Source: Deltaproteobacteria bacterium
GTDB taxonomy: Bacteria > Myxococcota_A > JAADFL01
Direction: 5' to 3'
Assembly (NCBI GenBank): GCA_013152945.1
Contig: JAADFL010000212.1
Span: 7,064 to 71,063, forward strand
Length of the DNA stretch: 64,000 nt
In this document: positions 44,112 to 54,146 of the stretch, in pieces
How the letters are laid out: each line of letters begins with the position of its first letter
Numbering within the stretch: position 1 is the stretch's first letter
Position numbers and translations under genes: made by a program
Notes under the pieces: model-generated
Told to the model about the DNA's origin: nothing
The model's database searches: none
What the model saw: only the letters and a program-made list of their open reading frames with translations

Positions 44112-47100
44112 GTTTCAACCCCAACCCGCCCAGTACCTTTCCTATCTCTACCTTCCAGTCCTCAATGTCATCTGCGGTCATGACATCCACGCTGCCGCCC
44201 TGGAACTCACCGGTGACCTCACCCATGGTGTCTTCTATGGAACCTTCCACCTCCAGGTAGGCTTCTTTCAATTGTTCCAGGCGTTCCTCGTCCGGTTGCC
44301 AGATGCCCCGGCTTGCGGCCTCCAGAAGTCTCCGGCCAATCTCCTCCAGTGCCCAGGGATTGACCTTCTTGAACCACCTTCTCATCTCTTCGTTCAATAC
44401 AAAGGTTTCCGTGATCTCATCGAGTATCCAATTGTCCACTTCTCCCGTGGTTGCAGCAAAGCCGTATACCCGGCCGATTCGCTTGGAAAGATCGCCGGCA
44501 CCTTTATACCCGTGCTCTTTCATCCCCTTGATGTATTTGGGGTTGAGCAGTTTTGCCCGGACAACCCGCCGCATCTCATCAGCAAAGTCAGTGACACCGA
44601 CCCGGGCAGGGTCACGGGTGTCACCATAATAATTGCGGGGTCTTTTGCCGGAAAGGGTCTTGGCCGCTACGCTCATCCCGCCGTAATTACTGAAGTAACC
44701 GCAACAACTAAGAAAATCTCCTTCGTCGGATATATGCTTGTCGAAAATCGCCTCCACGCGCCGCAGATTCGCCACCAATTCCTTGTGGGCTTGAACGCCG
44801 TAAGCTGCATCTCCTGCACCCCCACCGTATGCATACCCGTTCCAGAAAAAGTATACATCGGAGATGTCGGCCTCTGTCTTCCATGCAGATGCATAGACCG
44901 CAAGATCTACGCCGGCCCTGTAGACACCTGGTTGTGCGCAGAAGATCCTGAAGGAAAGCCTCCTGAATGTTTCGGGATCGGATAATTTCGCGTTTTCCTC
45001 GCGGGCCTGTTCCAGTATATGCTTCCGGATGAAATTTTCCTCTGGTTTCTCCTCCAGCACGGCTACAGCTTGGATAGCCTGATCAACGTATTTCACAGAG
45101 CCGGGAAAGCAATCGCGGGTTATGCCTGATACCCGGATATTCACGTCGATTCGGGGTCTGCCAAGATCGACAGGCGGGATTATCTCTATACCGTCCACCT
45201 GGCCGTTACCCTTCCATCGCGGACGCACACCGAGAAGATGGAGAATCTGGCCGATCTGCTCTCCATCGGCCCGCATGATGTCGGATGCCAGCCAGACCAT
45301 GCCGACGCTCTCGGGATATTGTTCCTCATCCTTTAGAAAGCGTTCCAGCAGGGCTTCAGCCAATCGAACGCCTACCCGGTAGGCGGCCCTGGTGGGAATG
45401 CGGGTGGGATCCACATTGTAGAAGTTTCGGCCGGTAGGCAGGATATCGTACCGGCCACGGGAGAGATACCCGGAAGGACCGGCCGGCACGTAGCCGCCGT
45501 CCATTGCACTCAAAAGAGAATCTATCTCCCGGGATTCGGTAAGCCGCTGATCAATCTCCGTGACAAGGCCGGCAAAGCGCTCAAAACGTTCCCTTGTGCA
45601 AGCCGGTTCCAGGTGGCCCCGGGCCAGCCCCCTGAAGAGATTGTCATGTGAAAATCCTCGTATCAGGCTGTGGATGAGATCCACGGCCTGCCGGTCGGCT
45701 AAAAAGAGCAGATCACTGTACGTCTTTCCGTTTTTGCCCCGGTCGGCTGGATAATCCAGGGCCTTGTCCATGTCCTCTCCCCAGAGGTCGAACACAAGGC
45801 GCCTGGTATTGAGTTCATTGTTGCTGTCGAATCGAAGGATGGTGTTGATGGTCTCGGCGCGGTTCATGTCCTCCGGCACCTCGCCGAAGACATGCATACC
45901 AATCCGGGTTTGGCTGTTCTTGATCCCTGAAATAATTTGGTGGCATTGCTTGACCACATCGCTGAAATTCGCCGGATTATTGGCTTCCACCTCCCCGGTG
46001 AGATGTGTTTTTTCCATGACCTCGCGAATCAGGTGCTCCAACTGATGGGCCCTTGCAGGGTCTGTATTCGATGCCCGGTTGTACTCCTCCAGGAGTTCTT
46101 CAAGCTCTTCAAAACCGCCATAGGTGTCGGCGGTATTCATCACGGCCTGAAGGTGGTCCACCAGGACTGCGTAACTGCGCCGCTTCGCTATCACTCCCTC
46201 GGCAGGATTATCTGCATTATAGATATAGAGGTGAGGCACGGCGCCGATGGCGATATCGGGCCAGCAGTCGGATGAAAGCCCTGCTCCTTTACCCGGGAGC
46301 CACTCCAGGTTACCGTGGGTGCCAACGTGAATAATGACGTCAGCGCCGAAAACCTTGTCCATGTACATGTACGTAGCGATGTACTGATGCGGCGGGGGGA
46401 TGTCCGGATCATGCAGAATTTTGCACACACGGCCGTCGCAGCGGGCCCCGGCGCAGCCGCGCTTGGGTTGCATAATAATATTAATGTTGCCGAAATTCAG
46501 GCCTGTGATGACAAGCTTCCCATCATAGACCATGCTCGGCGGCACACCATTCATCTTCCTGCCCGGAGGCTCTCCCCAGGCATGAACGATCTGTCTCTTG
46601 GCTTTTTGGGGCAAGGAATCAAACCACTCCCGGTAAATAGCGTTGTCCAGCAATGCAAGGTGACCCCCCTTGCTGACAATCTCGTCCACAGTGGTCCAGC
46701 GGAACTCGGCTATGGCCTTTCTCGAAAGAATGGTCTGCATCAGAGACTCCCCGGACACTGGGAGTCTCTCGACCCGGTAACCGGCTTCCTTCATGCTCCT
46801 CATGATTTGCACTATCGACTCGCCGGAATCAAGGCCTGCCGCCCCTCCGACCCCGGCCTCGAGGCCTGCGCACTCGTTTTTATGTAATACAAAGACTGCC
46901 TTGCGGTCGCAAATCGGCTTTTCCGCCAAGCGGACGAAGCGCGCAATGCGTTCAGCAATGTGTTCCACCCGATCCTTGATCACTTCCCGCAACTCAAAGA
47001 TTGATCCGGTCTTTTCGTCCGTGAGTTTCCTGCTGCAGGCCATGAGGATCGGTTCGATGTTGCCCTCGAACTCGGGCATGGCGATGCCGAATGTCACGTC

Positions 47101-48021
47101 CATGGTAAGACCCTGCGGATCCTCCTCCCACTCGTCCACGGTCTTGGAATAGGAAACGACGGGTTTGAACACCGGCACGTTGAGTTCCCTGAAAAAGTTC
47201 ACTGACTGGGCTGCTACTCCCGTCTCTGAGATGTCGGACCGGGCCTCTCGCCCGAGAAAGAAAAATTGGAGATTGACCAATGCATCGATTCCAACAGTTC
47301 CATCCGGACGGATGAAGAACCTGCGACAACTCTCGATTGGCCCAAGAGACCCTGCCTCCTGATCGGGCGTCCCGTGGGAAAATACGGGAAGCACGTCGAA
47401 ACCCCTGGCCTCAAGCGCCTCAATGAGGGAGCGTTCCAAAGAAGCGTCGGTATTGGTAAAACTATGGCGCGAAAATAGAAGCCCTACCGTGTGGGCCCGC
47501 CCGGACGGATGCGCCTTGCGGTATTCTTCCACAGATGCGTACACCTTCTGATCCGGCGGGTGCAATATCCCCTGCCACGGCATGGGCAGGGGGTCCTGCA
47601 CCGGGATTTCCGGATCCACTTGGTGGGCTAGGAATTCAAGCAGCCTCCGGTAGTTCTCTTTTCCGCCCTCTGCAAGATACGTGTAAGCCCTGGCGCAGAT
47701 GGAAATATCTACAGTGGAATTTCGTCCCCAGTCGCTCGGGTCAAAAGACGTGGTGACGATAACCTTGTCCGGTGCGATCTCATCCAGGCGGGCACTGACC
47801 TCGGGCCAGAAACCATCCGAGGTCCGGTAAAGTAAAATGATATGGGCCTTTTCCGCAGCAACCAGGAAGTCGTCCACCAGATCCATATCGTTTTCCAGCT
47901 CTTTTTGGGAGAAAATATCAAGTTTGATATCAAAGCTTTCCCGGGTCGCCTCCAAAAAAACCGGTACATATGAGCCCCACATGATAGATGCTATTCGGAT
48001 TGGACGATTAACTTTGATCAA
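44101..48021 (-). CDS. cobN: CobN/Mg-chelatase H family large chelatase subunit
   Basis: 1306 aa. The size and sequence character are those of CobN, and it lies directly upstream of the ChlD/ChlI-like genes with an 11-nt overlap. Confidence 0.85.
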   Translation of the reverse strand: MIKVNRPIRIASIMWGSYVPVFLEATRESFDIKLDIFSQKELENDMDLVDDFLVAAEKAHIILLYRTSDGFWPEVSARLDEIAPDKVIVTTSFDPSDWGRNSTVDISICARAYTYLAEGGKENYRRLLEFLAHQVDPEIPVQDPLPMPWQGILHPPDQKVYASVEEYRKAHPSGRAHTVGLLFSRHSFTNTDASLERSLIEALEARGFDVLPVFSHGTPDQEAGSLGPIESCRRFFIRPDGTVGIDALVNLQFFFLGREARSDISETGVAAQSVNFFRELNVPVFKPVVSYSKTVDEWEEDPQGLTMDVTFGIAMPEFEGNIEPILMACSRKLTDEKTGSIFELREVIKDRVEHIAERIARFVRLAEKPICDRKAVFVLHKNECAGLEAGVGGAAGLDSGESIVQIMRSMKEAGYRVERLPVSGESLMQTILSRKAIAEFRWTTVDEIVSKGGHLALLDNAIYREWFDSLPQKAKRQIVHAWGEPPGRKMNGVPPSMVYDGKLVITGLNFGNINIIMQPKRGCAGARCDGRVCKILHDPDIPPPHQYIATYMYMDKVFGADVIIHVGTHGNLEWLPGKGAGLSSDCWPDIAIGAVPHLYIYNADNPAEGVIAKRRSYAVLVDHLQAVMNTADTYGGFEELEELLEEYNRASNTDPARAHQLEHLIREVMEKTHLTGEVEANNPANFSDVVKQCHQIISGIKNSQTRIGMHVFGEVPEDMNRAETINTILRFDSNNELNTRRLVFDLWGEDMDKALDYPADRGKNGKTYSDLLFLADRQAVDLIHSLIRGFSHDNLFRGLARGHLEPACTRERFERFAGLVTEIDQRLTESREIDSLLSAMDGGYVPAGPSGYLSRGRYDILPTGRNFYNVDPTRIPTRAAYRVGVRLAEALLERFLKDEEQYPESVGMVWLASDIMRADGEQIGQILHLLGVRPRWKGNGQVDGIEIIPPVDLGRPRIDVNIRVSGITRDCFPGSVKYVDQAIQAVAVLEEKPEENFIRKHILEQAREENAKLSDPETFRRLSFRIFCAQPGVYRAGVDLAVYASAWKTEADISDVYFFWNGYAYGGGAGDAAYGVQAHKELVANLRRVEAIFDKHISDEGDFLSCCGYFSNYGGMSVAAKTLSGKRPRNYYGDTRDPARVGVTDFADEMRRVVRAKLLNPKYIKGMKEHGYKGAGDLSKRIGRVYGFAATTGEVDNWILDEITETFVLNEEMRRWFKKVNPWALEEIGRRLLEAASRGIWQPDEERLEQLKEAYLEVEGSIEDTMGEVTGEFQGGSVDVMTADDIEDWKVEIGKVLGGLGLKHEH

Positions 48022-48848
48022 TTTTTCCTCCCGGACGCGCTTAAACGGTTCGGCAGCCGGCCTGGTTTATCCAGTTCTTGTTCCCCGGAACAACACAGGA
48101 CTTGAACGTTGAGATATCCGTTGTCCCGGGTGACAATGGATTCCACGCCGTACACGTCACGAATCTTCGCCGGGGTTACAATCTCGGCCGGCACACCTGC
48201 GCTGAAAATTTTTCCGTGGTGAAGTAAAATAATTCTGTCCGAAAACCTTGCGGCCAGATTCAGGTCATGCATAGCCATCATCACGCCTATCCCCTTGCCT
48301 TTCGCCAGTGCGGCTACAGTTTCCAGGAGTTCCATTTGATGGCGTAAATCAAGGCCGGAATTAGGCTCATCGAGCAAGAGATAACGTGTATCCTGGATCA
48401 TGGTTCTGGCAAGCAGAACCTTCTGCACCTGACCGGAGCTCAACTGATCCATATCCCTCATGGACAACTCGGACAGTTCCATCTCTTCGATTATTGTTTC
48501 CACCTTTTCCAGATCCTTCAGGGACGGTCTCCAGGCAAAATAAGGTCTTCGCCCGGAAAGGATTGTATCAAACACAGTGCCCGGAAAGCGGAAAAACATG
48601 GATTGCGGCATATAGGCCAATTGCTTTGCGATTTCTCTCCGCGGCATGCCAAGAGCGTCTCTGCCGTCCAAGTGTACAGTTCCAAGTGTAGGCTTGAGTA
48701 TACCGGAGATACATTTCAGCAATGTGGTCTTTCCGGCCCCATTGGGCCCGACTATACTTACAACTCCGCCCTTTTCCACGCTTGCCCTGACAGCGGCCAG
48801 CACCTTGTTGCCGTTATATTCGAAAAAGATTCCCCTTGCCTCAAGCAT
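48018..48848 (-). CDS. ABC importer ATP-binding protein (FecE/FepC/BtuD type)
   Basis: I trimmed it to the ATG at 48848 (TGATG overlap with the permease stop). Walker A GPNGAGKTT, signature LSSGQVQKV, Walker B LLLDEPNSGLD. Confidence 0.85.
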   Translation of the reverse strand: MLEARGIFFEYNGNKVLAAVRASVEKGGVVSIVGPNGAGKTTLLKCISGILKPTLGTVHLDGRDALGMPRREIAKQLAYMPQSMFFRFPGTVFDTILSGRRPYFAWRPSLKDLEKVETIIEEMELSELSMRDMDQLSSGQVQKVLLARTMIQDTRYLLLDEPNSGLDLRHQMELLETVAALAKGKGIGVMMAMHDLNLAARFSDRIILLHHGKIFSAGVPAEIVTPAKIRDVYGVESIVTRDNGYLNVQVLCCSGEQELDKPGRLPNRLSASGRKN

Positions 48849-49882
48849 CACCAATACTCCCTGGTTCGTTTCATTAAAAGGAAAACAAAGAACGGCACGC
48901 CGATAAAAGAAGTCACGATTCCGATGGGTATCACCAGGGGCGTCCAGAGGGTCCTGCCTGCCGTGTCCGCAGCCACAAGAATAATCCCTCCCACCAGCCC
49001 GGAACCTGCCAGCAGGAACCTGTGGTCGTTTCCAATGATCATGCGCGTAATGTGTGGGGCTACAAGCCCAATGAACCCGATGACCCCGGTGAAGCTGATA
49101 CAGCCGGCGGTTATCAGAGACGCCGCCGCCACACTCCATATCCTCAATCGATCAGGGTTGACCCCCAATGCCATGGCAGACTCGTCGCCGTAGGCCAGGA
49201 GATTAAAATCCCACGCACTACGTAGAAGCAGCGGAAATGGAGCAAGAATCATGACGGCAGCCAATCCGATTTCAGGCCATCCTACCCTGGAAAGACTGCC
49301 GAAAAACCAAAATACGATTTCATAAACCTGTTGCATGGTTCCTGTGTATTGGAAAAGGGAAGTAAGTGATGAAAACAGAAACATCAATGCTATACCCGAC
49401 AGGATCATGGTCTCGGATGAGGCCTTTTTCAACTTGGCTATTAGAATCATGACAGCCGCTGATAACAGGGAAAAAAGAAATGCACCGCCGGCCACTCCAT
49501 AGAGGAGACTTCCAGTGCCCAAAAAAATAATGGCAGTTACGGCTCCGAACCCTGCGGCCGATCCCACGCCAAGCGTAAAAGGTGAAGCGAGCGGGTTGCA
49601 AAGAACGACTTGAAATATCGTACCGGCCACCCCAAGCCCGAAGCCCACAAGTACGGCCATTAGAATACGGGGAAATCTCAGCATCCAGATGATACCAAAG
49701 CTGCGGCCCGTATCTTTGAATAAAGATGCAAGCACTGTCCCAAGCCCAATGCCGGACGCACCCACACATAGACCGATTGCCATGACAGTAAGAAGCACGA
49801 GGCACAGGGAGACCAGAAAAAAAATTTTTCTTTTGATGTCGGCTTCATAGCTTATAAAGACGGCTTCAACACCAGTACTCAT
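48848..49882 (-). CDS. FecCD/BtuC family ABC importer permease
   Basis: I trimmed it to the ATG at 49882 (ATGA overlap with the binding-protein stop). It is polytopic, with the typical C-terminus IPIGIVTSFIGVPFFVFLL. Confidence 0.85.
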   Translation of the reverse strand: MSTGVEAVFISYEADIKRKIFFLVSLCLVLLTVMAIGLCVGASGIGLGTVLASLFKDTGRSFGIIWMLRFPRILMAVLVGFGLGVAGTIFQVVLCNPLASPFTLGVGSAAGFGAVTAIIFLGTGSLLYGVAGGAFLFSLLSAAVMILIAKLKKASSETMILSGIALMFLFSSLTSLFQYTGTMQQVYEIVFWFFGSLSRVGWPEIGLAAVMILAPFPLLLRSAWDFNLLAYGDESAMALGVNPDRLRIWSVAAASLITAGCISFTGVIGFIGLVAPHITRMIIGNDHRFLLAGSGLVGGIILVAADTAGRTLWTPLVIPIGIVTSFIGVPFFVFLLMKRTREYW

Positions 49883-50943
49883 TTGCCGGTCTCCTGAAAA
49901 CCGCTTGATACATAAACACCGCGGTAGGATATACCCTGAAAAATCTCGATGTATTCCCTGTGCCATGCCTTTGGATCCAGGTCGGGAAAAAGTTTTGGAT
50001 AAAACCACCGTGCCAGGTAAGCCATGCCGATGATAGCACGTGGCCCGGTCCAAATGGCGCTGTCCATTACATGGACCCTTCCGTAAGCTACGGCCGCTAT
50101 GTGTTGCCAGGCCGGGCGCTTCATGATTTCCTCTTTTTGCCTGTTGAAAACCGCAGGGGTCTTGAGGGAGTACCCGCCACCCCAGGCTGCCGCTTTTACT
50201 ATTACGTCCGGGTTTTGGGAAACCACCCACTCAGGTGTTACCCGGGGGTACGGGATAGAAAATCCGGAGGCGATATTTCTCCCACCAGCGAGCGTGCACA
50301 TATCGTGGCCCCCGGATCCCGGCGCTACTGTGTGGTAGTCCGTATAGTTTTCGATATAGACTGAAGTCCTTTTTTTCACCAGCCCAAGCCTTTTTATTAG
50401 TTTGTCCAAGTGAAGTTTGTGCCAATCACAAAAACGCCTGGCCTCCTTTTCCCGCCCCAGAAGACGCCCCATGGTCATGACCTCGCGTTCCAGCGTGTCC
50501 TCCTTGTAGAAATCGAGGCGAAGGACCTTGACACCGAACGGGGCCATCTTTTTCTCCAGTTCCGGTCCGGGGTTGCGGCTGTATGCAACGACTATGTCGG
50601 GATGCAGGGCGACAATGGCCTCGATGTTTGCCTCACGCCAACTGCCTACCCTGGATTTTTGGGCCAGGTCGCCCCAGAAATCCCGGTTCCGCACGATCTC
50701 GGAAAAGACCCCGACAACCAGATCCTGGGCCTTCAGGGTTCGAAGAACCTCCAGAACATCCGAGTTCAGAGCCACTATCCGCTTGATGGGTAGAGAGACC
50801 TCGATTTTTCTACCCATGGAGTCCAAAACTGTTATGGAAGTACCAAGTGCGGTTTTTCCCTGCAACAGGATAGACATTGCAACCAGCATCCGACAAAAGT
50901 GTAAAAGTCTTTTCTGGGAAACAATAGTGTGCATGTCAATCAT
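49879..50943 (-). CDS. Periplasmic substrate-binding protein, BtuF/FepB (cluster A, class 8) type
   Basis: 354 aa with a signal peptide. The pattern RIVALNSDVLEVLRTLKA...DIVVAY is typical of siderophore/cobalamin binding proteins. Confidence 0.8.
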   Translation of the reverse strand: MIDMHTIVSQKRLLHFCRMLVAMSILLQGKTALGTSITVLDSMGRKIEVSLPIKRIVALNSDVLEVLRTLKAQDLVVGVFSEIVRNRDFWGDLAQKSRVGSWREANIEAIVALHPDIVVAYSRNPGPELEKKMAPFGVKVLRLDFYKEDTLEREVMTMGRLLGREKEARRFCDWHKLHLDKLIKRLGLVKKRTSVYIENYTDYHTVAPGSGGHDMCTLAGGRNIASGFSIPYPRVTPEWVVSQNPDVIVKAAAWGGGYSLKTPAVFNRQKEEIMKRPAWQHIAAVAYGRVHVMDSAIWTGPRAIIGMAYLARWFYPKLFPDLDPKAWHREYIEIFQGISYRGVYVSSGFQETGK

Positions 50944-50957
50944 GTTGCATGGGCTTC

Positions 50958-53231
50958 CTAGTACCTCGCCATGGCGTTTAGATACACTGCACGACCCGGC
51001 GAGCGATAGTACGAGTAGTAATGTTTGTCGAGAATATTATTTGCCAGCACGCCGACCCTGAAATGTTTGCCTATTTGGTAATGCAATGCGGCGTCCAGCA
51101 GGAAATGCTCGTCGAAACTTCCGTACACCCCGCTGTAAGTATCCCTGTTCTCGTCGTCGCGGTATGCCTTACCTATCCAACTTCCCCGCAGCCTAAAAGT
51201 CAGGCCTTCAAATTTCATTCCCAACCAGCCGAAATATATATTTTTGGGCATATAAGTGGTGATTTTTCCTTCTGTTTGCGGCCTTGCGGAATTCGATGTA
51301 ATTCGAGGATACTGATAGGTAAGCCCGGCTCCAAGTTCAAGCCATTTTGTAACTCGTTCGCTCAATTTCAGTTCCAGGCCTTCCACCCTTGCCTCTGCGG
51401 CATTTAATTTCTGTTTTGTCTTTTCGTCGATGCTGGCGGTGTAAATCATGTTGTCAACAAAGCTCATGAACCAAACGATATTTGACTTGAAGCCGATTTG
51501 TCTGATCCTGGATACCAGGCCTGCTTCCCAGCTCCATGTCCTCTCCGGTTTGAGTTTTGGGTTCGGCTTGTACGTGGTGCCGTAAAATGACCAGGTTTTG
51601 TAAAGTTCGTAAACGGTCGGCGGTCTGAAAGCTCTGCCTGCAGCAAAATTAAAACCGAGGAATTTCCATGGGTGGTAACTAACTCCGATCCTGGGATTGA
51701 TGGCTGTTTCATTGTTTGCAGGATAGGTATCCTTAAGCCCGGCCTGGACATCTTCGCTTTTGCCATCATAGTTCCTCCATATGTCCAACCTGGCTCCTGC
51801 CGAGACAATGATCTTGTCATGCAGGATGCTCCATTGATCGAGCAGGAACAGGCCCCCATTGAATGCCTTGCCCTGGGTGGATGTGAGCATACCGTTCCTG
51901 GTACCTGTATCCCGCCAGTTTCCAAGTGATTCAGACACACTCGCGGCTGCTGGGAAAAAAAGGGAAAGCCCTCCTGCCAGATTGTTTCCGGCAAACAGGG
52001 CGGCATTAAGCTGCAACTCGGAATATACATTGAGGGACTGCGTGAAGTTGTACTTGCCCGGACCTCCGAAATTATCAGCTCCGCTTTTCGGCATTGAGTA
52101 CCATCCCTCACGGTGCACGGCTCCCAACTTTGCAGACAGTGAAAGCCAGTTTGTGATTGTTGCTTTTGTTCGAATCCTTGCAATTCTGCATATGTTTTCT
52201 GAAAAGTTCTCCATCATGTTATAAGGACTAAGACTGAAATAATGCGTATCATCGGCCGTAATTTTTCCCGAGTATATGGGTTCTCCGGAATCTGTAAAAA
52301 GGTATGTATGGGCATCGGAATAACCATAGTTGAAACGGCCCTCCGTGTATCCTATATTCAGGTCCAGGAATTTCCATGGATGAAAGTACAGGTCTATGTT
52401 CGCCCCCCAGACATTGTCGTGATTATTTCCCTTATCTCCCACCAGATAGGCGGGATCCCCTTTGCTGGTAGTAGTCTTGTTCCATCCCGAGGCTGCAATT
52501 TCACCTGAACCTGTTTTCTCGGTTCTTACAACTTCTGCAGTCGGGTAACCACCGATGTACGTCCAATGGGCGGAAACCTTGAGGGAGAACCAATCCGTGA
52601 GCTTTTCACCATAGCTTCCGGCTAATCGCCCGGTAGAAAAGCTCCCGGCCGTTGTATCAAGTTCGATCTTCCTCTTTACAGGCTCGAACGAGCGAATATT
52701 TATCACCCCGCCCATGGCATATCCGCCGTAAGCCGGGGATGCGGGCCCGCTTAACAATTCAATCCTGTCCGCCATATCAGGTGAAATAGCCCACCATGGT
52801 ACGCCTCCGCTGTAGCCGCCGTTCATGGGTATGCCATTTATCATGACCAGATTCTGTTTATTCGAGCCAAAGCCCCTGATGAATACACCTGCCAGTGAAT
52901 CCATGGGCTTTGCGTGCCTTACCCATACTCCTGTCAAATTCGAGAAGGCCTCGTCCAGAGTCTGCACATTCCAGTCTTGCCAATCCCGTTTATTAAGGAC
53001 CTGAACCTCGAAAGGTATCTTTTCAGGGTCGCTGTTGATCCGTGTCGCCATAACCCTGGTTTCATAAATCAAAGCCTTAGGTTTTTTTTTCTTTTTATCA
53101 GTTCTCGCTTTTTCATTATTGGTTTTCCCTCGATTTTCCGATGTATCCTTCTCATGAGCCCACACCGGTTGCGACAGCGAAATCAACGCTATGGAACACA
53201 GCAGTAAGACCAACTTGATTGAACCAGGCAT
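50958..53231 (-). CDS. TonB-dependent outer-membrane receptor
   Basis: Signal peptide, plug-domain motif VFIRGFGSNKQNLVMINGIPMN, a long beta-barrel and a terminal aromatic residue (..AMARY). GGAGG precedes the ATG. Confidence 0.85.
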   Translation of the reverse strand: MPGSIKLVLLLCSIALISLSQPVWAHEKDTSENRGKTNNEKARTDKKKKKPKALIYETRVMATRINSDPEKIPFEVQVLNKRDWQDWNVQTLDEAFSNLTGVWVRHAKPMDSLAGVFIRGFGSNKQNLVMINGIPMNGGYSGGVPWWAISPDMADRIELLSGPASPAYGGYAMGGVINIRSFEPVKRKIELDTTAGSFSTGRLAGSYGEKLTDWFSLKVSAHWTYIGGYPTAEVVRTEKTGSGEIAASGWNKTTTSKGDPAYLVGDKGNNHDNVWGANIDLYFHPWKFLDLNIGYTEGRFNYGYSDAHTYLFTDSGEPIYSGKITADDTHYFSLSPYNMMENFSENICRIARIRTKATITNWLSLSAKLGAVHREGWYSMPKSGADNFGGPGKYNFTQSLNVYSELQLNAALFAGNNLAGGLSLFFPAAASVSESLGNWRDTGTRNGMLTSTQGKAFNGGLFLLDQWSILHDKIIVSAGARLDIWRNYDGKSEDVQAGLKDTYPANNETAINPRIGVSYHPWKFLGFNFAAGRAFRPPTVYELYKTWSFYGTTYKPNPKLKPERTWSWEAGLVSRIRQIGFKSNIVWFMSFVDNMIYTASIDEKTKQKLNAAEARVEGLELKLSERVTKWLELGAGLTYQYPRITSNSARPQTEGKITTYMPKNIYFGWLGMKFEGLTFRLRGSWIGKAYRDDENRDTYSGVYGSFDEHFLLDAALHYQIGKHFRVGVLANNILDKHYYSYYRSPGRAVYLNAMARY

Positions 53232-53495
53232 CGTTTACCTCCTTTGGACTGGACACTAGGTAGCACTAATATCCAAAAAGTAATCGCACAGTAGCATATT
53301 TTTAAATATCGTGGCAACAATATTTTTGGCCGGGCCAAGGCCGGCTTTTTTTTAAGGCCTTTGCCGAGAGGCATTTTGAACCCGCATGCTTTGGTAAAGC
53401 TTGCACGGGGATGAAGGCAGGGGCAATCTTTCAAACAAAAAATATTATGGGTAAGGACTCTAGAGAGCCGGGAACCTTATCCGTTCCAGGTAATC

Positions 53496-54146
53496 TTACT
53501 TTTTCTCATTCCCTTGTTCCATGCCTTGATCCAATAAATCCACCTGTGGATCCGGTGGCTCGGGAAGAAACGTCAAGCCCTTGACCAGGACATAGGCTGC
53601 CTGGAGATAGGAGGTGGGGCAAAGAGGAAAACATTCCTTGCAGCTCTCACACTCCCTGGCTGCAATCTCCGGTATGAAGCTGATTTCTTTCCTTATTCCC
53701 CTGTCTATGAATCCGATGGCGTTCTTTTTTTTCACTTCTGCACAATACCGCACGCACAGACCGCAATGAACGCAAAAAGACGCCTGTTGCTGAAACCTGT
53801 CCTTTTCAGCTCCGTATTCCCTTGCCATGTCCTGAATTATCGGTGCATCCGGAGCACGGGCGAGTAATAATTCCAGGAGAGTCTTGCGAATTTTATCTAT
53901 CTTCTTGGATCTGGTCCTTACCTTGAGGTTTTTTTCAGCCTGATACACGCATGATACCACGAGCTTGGTCCGGCCGTTCTTTTCCGCCTCGACAAGGCAG
54001 AGCCTGCATGCGCCGTATGGTTTGAGCTTCTCATGGTAACAAAGTGTAGGTATGGATATGTCGGCCCTTTTCGCCGCCTCCAAGAGAGTATCACCTTTCT
54101 TTGCAATGACTTCCTTTCCATCGATCTGCATGTGGATGTCACTCAT
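53496..54146 (-). CDS. bamI: [2Fe-2S]/[4Fe-4S] NuoG-N-terminal-like protein, BamI-like
   Basis: CYHEKLKPYGACRLCLVE ([2Fe-2S], NuoG type) and CVHCGLCVRYC ([4Fe-4S]). 216 aa, last gene of the eight-gene array. The symbol is assigned from synteny. Confidence 0.6.
   Translation of the reverse strand: MSDIHMQIDGKEVIAKKGDTLLEAAKRADISIPTLCYHEKLKPYGACRLCLVEAEKNGRTKLVVSCVYQAEKNLKVRTRSKKIDKIRKTLLELLLARAPDAPIIQDMAREYGAEKDRFQQQASFCVHCGLCVRYCAEVKKKNAIGFIDRGIRKEISFIPEIAARECESCKECFPLCPTSYLQAAYVLVKGLTFLPEPPDPQVDLLDQGMEQGNEKK

Noticed and set aside
43705-44985. Long antisense ORFs. Examples are the 426-aa + strand ORF opposite chlD/cobN, 59016-59873 opposite the HdrA-like gene, 23682-24542 and 22914-23378 opposite the large TPR gene, 34306-35007 opposite the GT-C-like gene, and 18257-18715 (Pro-rich) opposite the Gly/Arg-rich segment.
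   Set aside because: These are shadow ORFs of strongly supported genes on the other strand. Their translations are low-complexity or lack recognisable motifs, and they have no convincing RBS.
48849-50230. N-terminal extensions of the importer ATPase (to 49139), the permease (to 50230) and the DUF4340-like gene (to 1982).
   Set aside because: Each extension runs through the upstream gene in another frame. Internal ATGs produce canonical TGATG/ATGA couplings and normal N-termini (MLEARGIFFEY..., MSTGVEAVF..., MRWLGSY...).
53329-53353. A GC hairpin (GCCGG-gccaagg-CCGGC) followed by T8, which looks like an intrinsic terminator.
   Set aside because: The T-tract follows the stem only on the + strand, and both flanking genes are on the - strand. 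On the - strand the stem is preceded by A8 and followed by CAAAAATA. The stem has only 5 GC pairs. I therefore do not call it as the bamI-like terminator. At most it is a weak or bidirectional element.
53232-53495. A cobalamin riboswitch would be expected in the 264-nt leader of the TonB-dependent receptor / Btu-type importer / CobN operon.
   Set aside because: I read the minus strand and could not find the conserved core elements. There is no GGGAA...GGTG..AA.CC block and no B12-box-like AGYCMGGAGACCKGCC. Only vague fragments occur (GGTTCAAAATGCC, GCCAC). It cannot be called by eye. An Rfam cobalamin-model scan with cmscan would settle it.
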